From assembly GCA_002633005.1 (NCBI GenBank), contig NMRA01000018.1, forward strand, positions 580,094 to 644,093: a stretch of DNA of 64,000 nucleotides, read 5' to 3'. This document shows, piece by piece, positions 12,201 to 24,200 of the stretch (positions are counted from its first letter, which is position 1; every line of letters begins with the position of its first letter). A program made the position numbers and the translations under genes. Below the pieces are notes generated by a model. That model ran no database searches. It saw only the letters and a list, made by a program, of their open reading frames with translations, and was not told where the DNA came from. This DNA is from Phoronis australis (Eukaryota > Animalia > Phoronida).

Positions 12201-15200
12201 GTGCCCGATTCCCTCATGGTCACCACCACATTCCACATTATTCAGTGCATTATTCAGTTGCAGTAAGTGGTTCTTCGTGAATTTAAAAACGGGACTATCC
12301 ACCATTGACCTGGCCATAGTAGAGACAGTAAACATCCCATTGACCTTTCATATGCCGGAAGCTTTTTCGCAAATTATGCCTCACTGATTAAACCATCAAT
12401 GTCACATTGTTATACCGTAATCGTTCGGGTTAACGCCCATGCTCAGTTAACCGCCCACCCCTACTTTAGGTGGATTTTCGATTTAACCGCCCACTGCTCG
12501 GTTAACCGCCCCCCTGCTATTTTTGAAGATTTCCAATTAAGCGCCCACCTCTCGGTTAAGCGCCCATCCCCTACTTTTGACGATTGGTGATTACCGCCCT
12601 GTGCTAATAGGAAACGCGAATCCCCGACCTTTTAGATTAAGATCGATGATAACATTGAGTGCAACGACGGCCTCAGAGACCGCGGTTTAGCAATGTGAAT
12701 TATNCATCGACCTCGGGAAACATCGGAATAGGAAAACGTCAGTTCTGGGTTATATCGGTCCCGGTACATCGGGAATGAAAAGTTCGCTAACTTGAACCAC
12801 AATTTCGCATCTAGTGCCAGTGTAGTTGCAATAACAATATCTACGGGCATAGAATACATGTACAGGGTTTACAGAACATCGACCTCGGGAAACATCGGAA
12901 TAGGAAAACGTCAGTTCTGGGTTATATCGGTCCCGGTACATCGGGTCTTTTATAACCGCTGGGAATCTGAGTTTATTTTCAAATAAACCAGAGCCAAGCC
13001 GGTATACTCTTTCATTTATGACTGTCGCTTCTCCTTGAAGTGGTGCGCGCGCGTGTTCACGCACTTGCAATGAATCGCTGGAGTAGGCCTACACTTTACG
13101 TTGGCAACAACGTGTGAAAGATAAATCATATTTCGCGCACGTAGCCCCAGAAAACAAGGGGTTTGAGAATTTCTTGGCAACTGAAAGTGAAGACGTGAGC
13201 GTCGTTTGGCGATTAATAAGGTTGTCATTTTCACTTTGGCTGTCTTAATACGATAAAAAGGAGAAGCACATCTCAGTCTAAGTCACAATTGTGTGCCGGG
13301 ACCGCTTGCGCGCTAACGGTGCCGCAGTACGATATCAGGGACATTGTCGTGGATATTTGGTACATGTAATAAGGACATCTTATGTGAAAAAATAAACATT
13401 TTTGTCCACCACAAAGTTTGGTAAGTTGATCGCTTAAGACTTAGTAGAAACACCGTTGTTTTCTGAAGTTTTATCACGTGTTAAGCAGTGGCCCGTAACT
13501 TTCTTCGGCGAATCCGGGAATTTACAAAAGTGGCCGAAAGTGTTAGCCAATGAAACGCGTCAAAGATCGATTCTGCATATCCCATGTTCACGCGACTTGC
13601 TTACAAGTCATCGGGAGGGCTGTTCTCGGTTGGCTATGTTTTGAACTTGGATTTGGCAACGACCAAATAACGGTCGGATTAACAAGAGCTGCTTTGTATT
13701 TGCCAGGTATCTGTTTAGAAGTGTAAAAACTCAGCTCACATTCGTTGGAAATTCCAGGTCGCATTTTGCGACTTGATACGAGCTGACAAAAATCTCAGCT
13801 CGCATTTCCAAATTTCAGGTCGCAAATGCGACCTGCAGCTCGTTATGTCGAGCCCTGCAAGGACTCATCTAGTGGCTGTCCTGGCCATTATTGGGATGGT
13901 CGTTTTAAAAAAATGACTTTGGATTTGGATGGCACAGCCAAGTCAGAAATGCTTTTGGGAATACCTTCCTTTTCTGTGACATCAGAGTGACTTCATATAG
14001 AATTACCCGCACGGCAAGTGTTGAGAAATATTGCATCCAGTGCTAACTACCCATACATAGACAATTAATCTTTGAAACTGAAGTATACAGTCCTGAAGTT
14101 CAAAGGATTTGCTGTTCCCCTAATGCCATTAGCCGACGCCGAAGTTGAAGAGGCACTCTCGAAGTGTAATCGACAGTGCAGCCATCGAGATAGGAGAATA
14201 TACACGTTAAAAAAAATGATATCTGCCAAAATTCTAGGACTGACCTGCCATACAAATGCCTTCAATGTCTTTGAACTTGCAAACCAGATAAAAGCTAGTG
14301 CAAACGTCCTTAATTTGTTCACACTGTTCCGTTGCAGCTCGATTGCTTGCTCATAAGTTAAAATTGTCTTCCTCAACTGCATTAAATTAAAACACTTCTA
14401 ACACTTCTCTTTTGATAGCTTCAGGATACAAGTTCTGAAGTCATGCTGAGAATTATCTGTCTAACATGCAACTCCACAAAGATCATCTTACAAAAAAGAT
14501 TAGCTGATCTTGGTTTTTGTAGCTCAATACACACATTCTGAATGGAACAAACCAGTTAATGTTTGTTTAGTTTACTTCTTTGCCATCCTTTGAACAAGAA
14601 AAAAATCCAAACAGTGTGCTAAAAGGACACTGACATTTTTTNCGACTCGCCAGTCTCATGAATTTGGACCCCACTTTAAAAATCCTAGATGAGTCTCTGC
14701 ATTGATGGCCTCCTAAGGTGTACCTAAATGTGCAAAAGGTACTTATAGCAACGTGACTTTGGTGGTTTAATCAGCGTGAGGCAATAATTCGACGAAAAGC
14801 TTCCGATGTATGAAGGCCCTACGGGAGCATCACCATCTCTACTGAGAGACGGTGGTAATGTCTAGCAGACGATTTGATTTGTCGTTTTTAGAGAAAGGTA
14901 AAAGGAAGCGGAATATAACCAGTTAAGCGTGTTTATGCTTCCTTAAATATCCTAAGGGAATTCCATTTGGTAAAGTAATAACACACTCAACGTATATTCC
15001 TATCTTCTTCTGACTGATATCCATTTCACAAAAAAAATCTTGGATGGACTTATAAATCAGGTCTGTTAAAGCTAGTTTTTGCTACAGGTTATTTAATTAA
15101 AAGAGGTGGATCACACAAACAAATTCGTCAAATAAAGCTCATAACACAGACACGCTCAACAGCTCCTCCATGTTATAGGCCTACTGTGTCGTGTCGAGGA

Positions 15201-18200
15201 ATCGATTAAACGTGCATGTGCTCAGACTCTGAGCAGGAAATGGAGACTCTCGGACCCCAGAGAAATGACTTGCAAAAAACAATCCATTTTCACACGCAAA
15301 TGTAAGCTCAATTAATGGACTTTTGAGACAGCAATATCCACTGGTAAACAGTTAAATCCGCAATATCAATTACACATTATCACTTACAGCTCAGTTGGTA
15401 ATGGCAATCTGTTTTCTCTTCGTAAAAACCACTCAGCCACATGGCAAAGAAAGAATGGTCGTTAGTATAAAGGTCAAGGTCATTGTCTTGAATGGATTCA
15501 TCCAGAAGAGTCTACTTTACACTATTCCATAGGGGTGTCAAAATGATGTTGAAGTCATTCATTCATGCAGCTTCTACTGCATCAAACAACAGAAAAAATG
15601 AGAATTACACAGTACAACCAGAGTGTAGTAGAGTAGAAGAGTTCACTTGTGAGTTCGCTGTTACCGCTACTACTAGCGCCGCCAAGTGGTGACTTAGCAA
15701 CTGTCAACCAAGACGCGCCAAAACAATGGGGAAGGACGCATTTTGCAGTGCGATAAATTGCATGAAGTCATCCACGAAAACCCCAGACGTGTCATTTTGT
15801 AGGTTTCCTAAGGATCCAGAAAGGTAAGGATTATCTGTTATTCAATAATATGATACATTGTCTTTCATTTTGTGTGTTCTGTTCACGGTTGTTAGACAAG
15901 TCGATCGCAATCCCGTTGCCTCTTTTGTCTGCAGTGTTGAGTGTAGGCTACGTACAGCCGGGCTGCCGGCGGAAGGACTATGATGAACGTACGATGTGAT
16001 CGTCAGCTTTTTGGATACTTGCAGTCCATGAATTCCAAATCAAAATGTCACTCGCACGGTCGCAGGGATAATTTTAGGAAAACATGCCCATGGCCATGGG
16101 ACTGGTGACACGGCCATGGCACAATCACAGCCACAGGGCCACAAGTCTGTCATGANNNNNNNNNNNNNNNNNNNNNNNNNNNNNNNNNNNNNNNNNNNNN
16201 NNNNNNNNNNNNNNNNNNNNNNNNNNNNNNNNNNNNNNNNNNNNNNNNNNNNNNNNNNNNNNNNNNNNNNNNNNNNNNNNNNNNNNNNNNNNNNNNNNNN
16301 NNNNNNNNNNNNNNNNNNNNNNNNNNNNNNNNNNNNNNNNNNNNNNNNNNNNNNNNNNNNNNNNNNNNNNNNNNNNNNNNNNNNNNNNNNNNNNNNNNNN
16401 NNNNNNNNNNNNNNNNNNNNNNNNNNNNNNNNNNNNNNNNNNNNNNNNNNNNNNNNNNNNNNNNNNNNNNNNNNNNNNNNNNNNNNNNNNNNNNNNNNNN
16501 NNNNNNNNNNNNNNNNNNNNNNNNNNNNNNNNNNNNNNNNNNNNNNNNNNNNNNNNNNNNNNNNNNNNNNNNNNNNNNNNNNNNNNNNNNNNNNNNNNNN
16601 NNNNNNNNNNNNNNNNNNNNNNNNNNNNNNNNNNNNNNNNNNNNNNNNNNNNNNNNNNNNNNNNNNNNNNNNNNNNNNNNNNNNNNNNNNNNNNNNNNNN
16701 NNNNNNNNNNNNNNNNNNNNNNNNNNNNNNNNNNNNNNNNNNNNNNNNNNNNNNNNNNNNNNNNNNNNNNNNNNNNNNNNNNNNNNNNNNNNNNNNNNNN
16801 NNNNNNNNNNNNNNNNNNNNNNNNNNNNNNNNNNNNNNNNNNNNNNNNNNNNNNNNNNNNNNNNNNNNNNNNNNNNNNNNNNNNNNNNNNNNNNNNNNNN
16901 NNNNNNNNNNNNNNNNNNNNNNNNNNNNNNNNNNNNNNNNNNNNNNNNNNNNNNNNNNNNNNNNNNNNNNNNNNNNNNNNNNNNNNNNNNNNNNNNNNNN
17001 NNNNNNNNNNNNNNNNNNNNNNNNNNNNNNNNNNNNNNNNNNNNCGCCGCCAAGTGGTGACTTAGCAACTGTCAACCAAGACGCGCCAAAACAATGGGGA
17101 AGGACGCATTTTGCAGTGCGATAAATTGCATGAAGTCATCCACGAAAACCCCAGACGTGTCATTTTGTAGGTTTCCTAAGGATCCAGAAAGGTAAGGATT
17201 ATCTGTTATTCAATAATATGATACATTGTCTTTCATTTTGTGTGTTCTGTTCACGGTTGTTAGACAAGTCGATCGCAATCCCGTTGCCTCTTTTGTCTGC
17301 AGTGTTGAGTGTAGGCTACGTACAGCCGGGCTGCCGGCGGAAGGACTATGATGAACGTACGATGTGATCGTCAGCTTTTTGGATACTTGCAGTCCATGAA
17401 TTCCAAATCAAAATGTCACTCGCACGGTCGCAGGGATAATTTTAGGAAAACATGCCCATGGCCATGGGACTGGTGACACGGCCATGGCACAATCACAGCC
17501 ACAGGGCCACAAGTCTGTCATGACATGAGTCAAGTTAGAGAATCTGTGGGTCTCGGTGAAAAGGTGAAAAAATCAACATTTTAATGTGCCAGTTGGACCA
17601 ATTAATTCTATGTGTCAATGATATGTGGGGGCGCAGCCCTGTTAAAATATCCGTGGATCGACATTTGAGTCCGAGTTTTTTTTCAGTTGACACCAAAATG
17701 CTTTTGTCTCTATCACAATCACAGTACCACATGAATTCTGTAGTGTAGTGTACTTGAGTGTAGGCTACCAGTCTTCTGTGAACCTAGTGAGTATGAGGTT
17801 TGTTCCCGAGTCTCTCAGTCATTGATTTCAGTTCAGTTCAAGTGCAAGCGCTGGGAGCTGACCTTATGAATAGAGATGCAGCCTATTTGTCCAAGAACTG
17901 CAAGTTATGCTTTCATCACTTCGAGGAGTCCATGTTCGTGAATGAAGAACAAGCTGGTATTTACTGCAGTGCCCGAACAATATTTGATGTCCCGAATCCA
18001 CCAAAAATGAAGATGTCAGGCTAAAAAAGTTCTCCGGAAATTATATTACAGCTCTGGAATAGGCTGTTTTGCATTTCTGATTATCGTCTCACAAAGCAAG
18101 TACTGGAACATCACGTGTAGAAAGCAGGACTCGACATAACGAGCTGGAAATGTGAGCTGAGATTTCTGTCAGCTCGTATCAAGTCGCAAAATGCGACCTG

Positions 18201-21200
18201 GAAATTCTGGGGAAATTCTATGGGAAATAGCTAGGGATTGTTTGGATAAAGCTACACCCATTCAATTGCATTCTTTCCGTGGGGGTCCTCAAGTGGTGGA
18301 AAAATGGTTAAAGACATTTCCTAACACATACTTCTCAGTTTCAGGAGTTGGATTAGGTCACATTAGGGGGGACCGAGCTCGCGGGATACGAGCTATTCCG
18401 TCAAAGCGATTGTTGGTGGAAACGGATGCACCTTATAATCATCCAAGTGGCACGGGAATGCGTCAGTCCCATTCCGTATTAATAGGGGAATGGTGCAAGC
18501 AAATAGCGGAAGTCCGGGGAGTTAGCAAGGGAGAAATTTGCAGACTTTCGCGGGATAATCTAGCGTCCTTTATTCATTAAGAAAGGGAGGAAAAGTAAGA
18601 GTAAGGGATTATGTATGGCATGGGGAGAATCACTGCTAGTAGTATGAAATTTGGATGTTAATGTCTTTATTCAGGTGTTGTCTCCTTGGCTTTTTCATCA
18701 GAGTCTGGGAGTCAAAGGGCTCTTTTCCGGCGACCTTATCCATAAGGGTATAATTGGGAAAAGTATGGGTATTTAGTCGTGATTCTTGTTGTTTGTCCAT
18801 ATATGTGTTACAGGTATGGGATGGCACTCCACAAGAGAATGCATGCCTTACATACTCTTACTGTTTCAGAACCAGCTAAGAGGACCCAGTAGAGGGTAAC
18901 TGGGAAGGGGTGGCTGGGAGAACTTCTAGGGGATTTGAATAGGGATGGCTCGGAGTACAATTGGGTAAAATTAAATATCGGAACTGCAATTTGGACTATG
19001 TTGATATTGGGTATATTAGATAGTCTGACTCTTATATCATGGCTGAGTAAGAGAATCTTTTATGGGATGATTGGCTAGATTATCTAGGAGAAATGTCATA
19101 GGGATAGTCCGGCTGAGGTTAACTTTTAATAAGTTTTAAACAACTGGGTTGGTACAGCAGTTCCGATTAACATTACCAGGGAAAGCTCCAAAAAACAGAA
19201 TGGGGAGGAAATGTAGTGAGCCAGTGCATATGTTACGTGAGGTTTAATTGGATAGTCAGGTTCGCGGGCTTCTCTGTTATCTTGGCTGGGATTGGATAAT
19301 GGATGGAGCCTGCTGGGATGGATGATGTAACATGATGTAAAGATGACGTCACGACCTCGTGGTTCACTCGTTCTTCGCACTTGAGAGTCGAAAGAGACAA
19401 GACGCAATCTAATACGACTCCAACGCAATATAACACGACTCCAGCGTAGACTTCAGAGACCTGTATATAACCAGTTAGGTAAGCTGTCTTATAGTTCTAG
19501 TGTATATCAGACTAACGTGGTCGGGGTAAGACACAACACAACGAATGCGAGCTGAGTTTTTACACTTCTCAACAGATACCTGGCAAATACAAAGCAGCTC
19601 TTGTTAATCCGACCGTTATTTGGTTGTTGCCAAATCCAAGTTCAAAAGAACACTAACCGAGAACAGTCCTACTTGTAAGCAAGTCGCGTGAACATGGAAT
19701 ATGCAGAATCGATCTTTGACGCGTTTCATTGGCTAACACTTTCGGCCACTTTTGTAAATTCCCGGATTCGCCGAAAAAAGTTTCGGGCCACTGCTTAACA
19801 CTTACATGTAAAACTTCACAAAACACCGGTGTTTCTACTAATTCTTAAGCAATCAACTTACCAAACTTTGTGGTGGACAAAAATGTTTATTTTTCACATA
19901 AGATGTCCTTATTACATGTACCAAATATCTATGACAATATCCCTGATATCGCACTGCGGCACTGTTAGCGCGCAAGCGGCCCCGGCAGACAATCGTGACT
20001 TAGACTGAGATGTTGCTTCTCCTTTTTATCGTAGTAAGATAGCCAAAGTGAAAATGACAACCTTATTAATCGCCAAACGACGGTCACGTCTTTACTTTCA
20101 GTTGCCAAGAAATTCTCAAGCCCTTTACTTGTTTTTGGGGCTACGTGCGCGAAATATGATTTGTCTTTCACACGTTATTGCCAACGTAACTGAGGGTAGG
20201 CCTACTCCAGCGATTCAAGTGCGTGAACTCACGTGTGCGCACCACTTCAAAGAACAGCGACAGTCCTAAATGAAAGAGTATACCGGCTTGGCTTGGCTCT
20301 GGTTTATTTGAAAATGAACTCAGATTCCCAGCGGTTATAAAAGATCCGACGGTCCCGGGGCCGATATAACCCAGAACTGACGGTTTCCTGTTCCGATGTT
20401 CTGTAAACCCTGTATTGTATGCCCGTAGCCGCTATTGCAACTAANATGTTCTGTAAACCCTGTATTCTATGCCCGTAGCCGCTATTGCAACTAAACTGGT
20501 GCTAGATGCGAAATTGTGGTTCAAGTTAGCGAACTTTTCATACACCCCTCCCCCCCGGCAATTTTTCGCTCCCCGAACCACCGTCGCCGTAAAATGTCCA
20601 GACTCCTATAGAAACAACCTTGTTCCGGCTGAAGGGGACAGTTAAAAACAAAATCATTCCGGGTGGCTAAAAAGGTACAATGTAGGTGGTAACGATATCC
20701 AGAAAGACACCCCTACTAGATGGAGTTTGCCTCGCGAAATCCTATTATTATAACGTTTCTTACCATTGCAGCGTTTTAATATCTTATTACCGCAAACACT
20801 GAGGTTAACGACTATGCTCACGCACAAGCCTACTCCCTACCTTTAAAGTGTTTCGTAATAACCGCTCTCTGATCTATTAAAAGTCCCCCCTTAAATTTTG
20901 AGAATTTCCAATTAAGCACCCACAGTTCAAGCTAGCGCCCATCATAGCGCACTACAAACGACCGCGTGTGATTTAAAATTGTCACGCAGCTTATATGGTG
21001 TGTCACTTTCATTTTACACAACTTCAGTTTTCAAAAACGTCTTTTCACAATATGTAAAAACCAAATCCCGGCTTTGTTTTATACCTCGGAAAGAAAATTA
21101 ACACTAGTGACATGCATGTCGTTATGTGACTGACCTATTTTTCCCGTACTTGGAAGGTATTGAGGAGCAAACTCGCCATTACCCGAGTTAGTTTGAATCG

Positions 21201-24200
21201 TTAACGACTTTGATGACAGCCAGTAGCAGGCCAGATCTAACAAAATCCCGGATACTTTTTCAACGAGCATTTTCTCCTTTTCACATCGCAAATTTAGCTA
21301 CTCGAATGCACAAGTCAGTTAGAGAGCACTGATTCAACTTTCACGTCAGCAACTTGCCTTGCGCTCTAGAGTCTTTCAATGGCGGTCGTGAAGAACAGTA
21401 AGGCCGTACCTGCATGACTTCGGAAGTCAATTTTGAGATCCGAAATTTGTGAGTATTTAACGCTGCATGTAAAAGCATAATCTAAACATTTTCTCGATGA
21501 TCTAAAACATCTATTTTGGTGCGTAAAAATGGCGGGAGAATTTTGCGACCTGGCATTTACGAATGCGAGCTGGATTTTGAAAATGCGACCTGGGATTTGG
21601 GCTAGGTCGCAAAATGCGACCTGGCGATTTTAATAGCGTCGAGCCCTGGAAAGGACAATTAATCAAAATCTGATTTTCGTATTTTACTAAGGTTGATCAG
21701 ATTGAAACATTTTATGAATGGTTAAATGGTTAACCTGTGATTTGGAGAGAGCTGTAGTAATAGCCGAGATTACCCGACTCGGGGATCGAACCCGCGACCC
21801 CCATAAAACCGGCAAGCGTGCTAACCATTCAGCTAATAGGCAATTGCCCGTTAGCGAGTAGCTAACAGAGGCTCATATAATTCACCGGAAGCACATCTAC
21901 AACAGAGCCAAAGTGAAACAGATGGATCATTCAAAGTCTGAATGGTGGGCTGAAATTTTGTTAAACCCAAGCTATCCATATCATTTTGCTTCTCGATGAC
22001 AAACACCTCTGTGAGTAAATTAGTTTTCAGCTTTATTCATAATGTATTTCTTTGGCGAAAAGTGCTGTTGTTTACTAGTGAATTAATAGAGAGTGACAAG
22101 GCTGGTCAGATTTTATTGTTGTATTGGTTGATGTATGTGTTGCCTATTATGTACGTTTTTGGAGATTGTGATTAATTTAAGCCCCAGTTGTAGCTAGATG
22201 TATCAGATATGATCTTGTGGTTTGGCTTTAACTTACTGTTATTGATAATAGGAACAGTGGGTATATAAAATAAAATTTTGGTTTTATCATCCAAGTCTTT
22301 TTAATTCAATTTTGTATGAAGCTATGTGGGTAGTGAATATTTTGATTGCTGTTCAGTACCTCCTTTGTCATGACATTTGAAGTTGGACTAGTTATGAGTG
22401 ATGATATACTCAATATGTTACTTCTAAAGATTAGCAACTGACTTGTAACTGTTGGTGAGTGGGAGAGTGGGATTGAGTTTACCCTATACTGGCATGTCTA
22501 AGAAATAATGGAATGTTCTACAATTGTATTATGATATTGTGGTAGTGATGAATTGCCTTGCATTCTTCTTCTCACTTGTGTAACACCCACTGCACAAAAC
22601 AATTGTCTGCATTGCTAGTGGCCTGGTGCATTGAATAGGGAACACATGTGAAATTGTTGGGTGGAGATGAAACCAGCAGTGAGCTGGGAGCAACATGTTT
22701 GTCAATGGTCAGGGGAGCAACCAAAATGTGTGACGATGGGAGAGGCTCAACACCCATGTGGCATACATGCCCATTAGTTTTTACCTATTTAGCACTCCTC
22801 CCATGTAACCCCCCTGGGAGGGGGTCAACACCCATTTGGCGCCCACCTGGTTTTTGCCTGGTACCCCCTTAGCTGGCACCTGGGGGTTATTCCTGTCTGA
22901 ATCCCCAGGAGTAATCATTCAAATTATGTTACAGTAGTCCATGGAGGTATGAACTGTTATAAGGAACGATAATTGCCGTGTTAAGAACTCAAACATGAAA
23001 CAAAACCATGGTGGATTTTGAAGGGAGCTTCAGGAGAATAAAAACAAATACACTGATACATTGATTAAAATACATATTTTCTTTCTCATTCGATTGTAAG
23101 TGGATGTTAGTTTATGTATTCTAACCATTTTCAATCACACAGTAATTTTATTGCACGTAGAATGCCATTAAAGTATGAATTTATGAGTGTTTACATTGTT
23201 CGGACTGCACTCCTAACTAAGTGTTGATTATTCACCGCTTGGGGCGTTAGTGTTTGGACCGGTAACCATTGCGGGGAATGGCAAAATGGCGGAGTGAACT
23301 CTCCTGCCTACTACACTGCTTGGTACAAGCCATCTGAAACTCTCAATGCATCAACCAATAATAGGGTTAAAGTTACATGTACCCCTAATTCACAGAAATA
23401 CCATTAAAAGCATCTAACTAAGCCACTAACTATGGAAAATCCCACATGGTTTTTGAACATTTTTATGAAAGTTTTAATACCGATAGTTTGGTGAATGCTG
23501 GTGAAAGGACATTTCCCTATCAGTTTATTTTTTAAAAACAACATTTATGCCAAAAATGCATGCTCATGCAACTAAGAGAATGGTATAGTGTAGTGAATGA
23601 CATGTCTCGATTCCTAATTTCAGAAAATCTATATGGTTACCTTGAATATTGACAGTTGCTAGCTAATTGATAATTCAAGACGAGAACAATTTAATTAGGG
23701 AACACATAATTTTTAAGTTTAATTTTATTAACATTTATTTATGCTGTGTGATTTTGTGTTTAAAGCAGTTAATAGAAAAAGTGGCAATTACTGTAAACAT
23801 TCGTGTTAATGGCTTAGGTGCTTAAAGGGGCTGCGTCAGTGTTCTTCACTACAGAAAATTCAAACATAACTCGAATTACAAAATTAATTTACATACTGTG
23901 GGGAGTTTGTGTGAAGTCCTGGAATAAATGCACTAATTTAATACTATAAGTCCTAATTTGCTTATCGTAACAGTAAATTACTAAAACTAATACAGTATTC
24001 GCCCTAATAAGCGCCCATGCCCCTATTAGGGCCCCCACGCGTTTTCAGTCTTTGCTAAAATAAGCGCCCAGTCCATGAATGTGTACACGAGAAAAATGCC
24101 TTAGCAACAGTTCTAAAATTCTACAGTAACATTTTCAATTTATCAGTCAGATCCGACAGTCCTGAAAAAATCACTGCACGGAATTTGTAGACCAGGAGCC

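Larger units (their letters stand above)
18208..19538 (+). mobile_element. 5'-truncated LTR retroelement: TatD ORF end + spacer + PPT + 3' LTR
   Basis: Absent from the paralogous host copy (gacctggaatttc|caacgaatg at ~13745, minus strand). Purine tract agaatggggaggaaa lies directly before TGTAGTG...CACAACA. Confidence 0.8.
18125..21648 (+). mobile_element. Non-autonomous hAT-like element with 5-bp TSD
   Basis: TIR caggactcgac / gtcgagccctg; TSD gaaag (18120-18124, 21649-21653); subterminal ggtcgc-aaaat-gcgacc palindromes; other copies 12705-13857, 30245-30520, 62137-63552. Confidence 0.85.
15621..23318 (+). mobile_element. THAP-domain-bearing non-autonomous TIR DNA transposon (hAT/THAP12-like), host to nested insertions
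   Basis: Imperfect TIR gagtgtagtagagtagaagagttcact / agtgaactctcctgcctactacactg; spliced THAP remnant; near-identical inverted partial copy at 57687-60075; no clear TSD. Confidence 0.75.

Noticed and set aside
16040-17075. Three 314-342 aa ORFs
   Set aside because: They consist almost entirely of X from the N gap.
18209-18580. TatD as bacterial contamination or as an exon of a host TATDN gene
   Set aside because: It is embedded seamlessly in host transposon DNA and linked to a PPT/LTR. It has no acceptor at its 5' edge and no other TatD exons nearby.
21771-21841. Functional tRNA gene
   Set aside because: The anticodon arm looks irregular, and the sequence lies inside a TSD-flanked insertion absent from the paralog.
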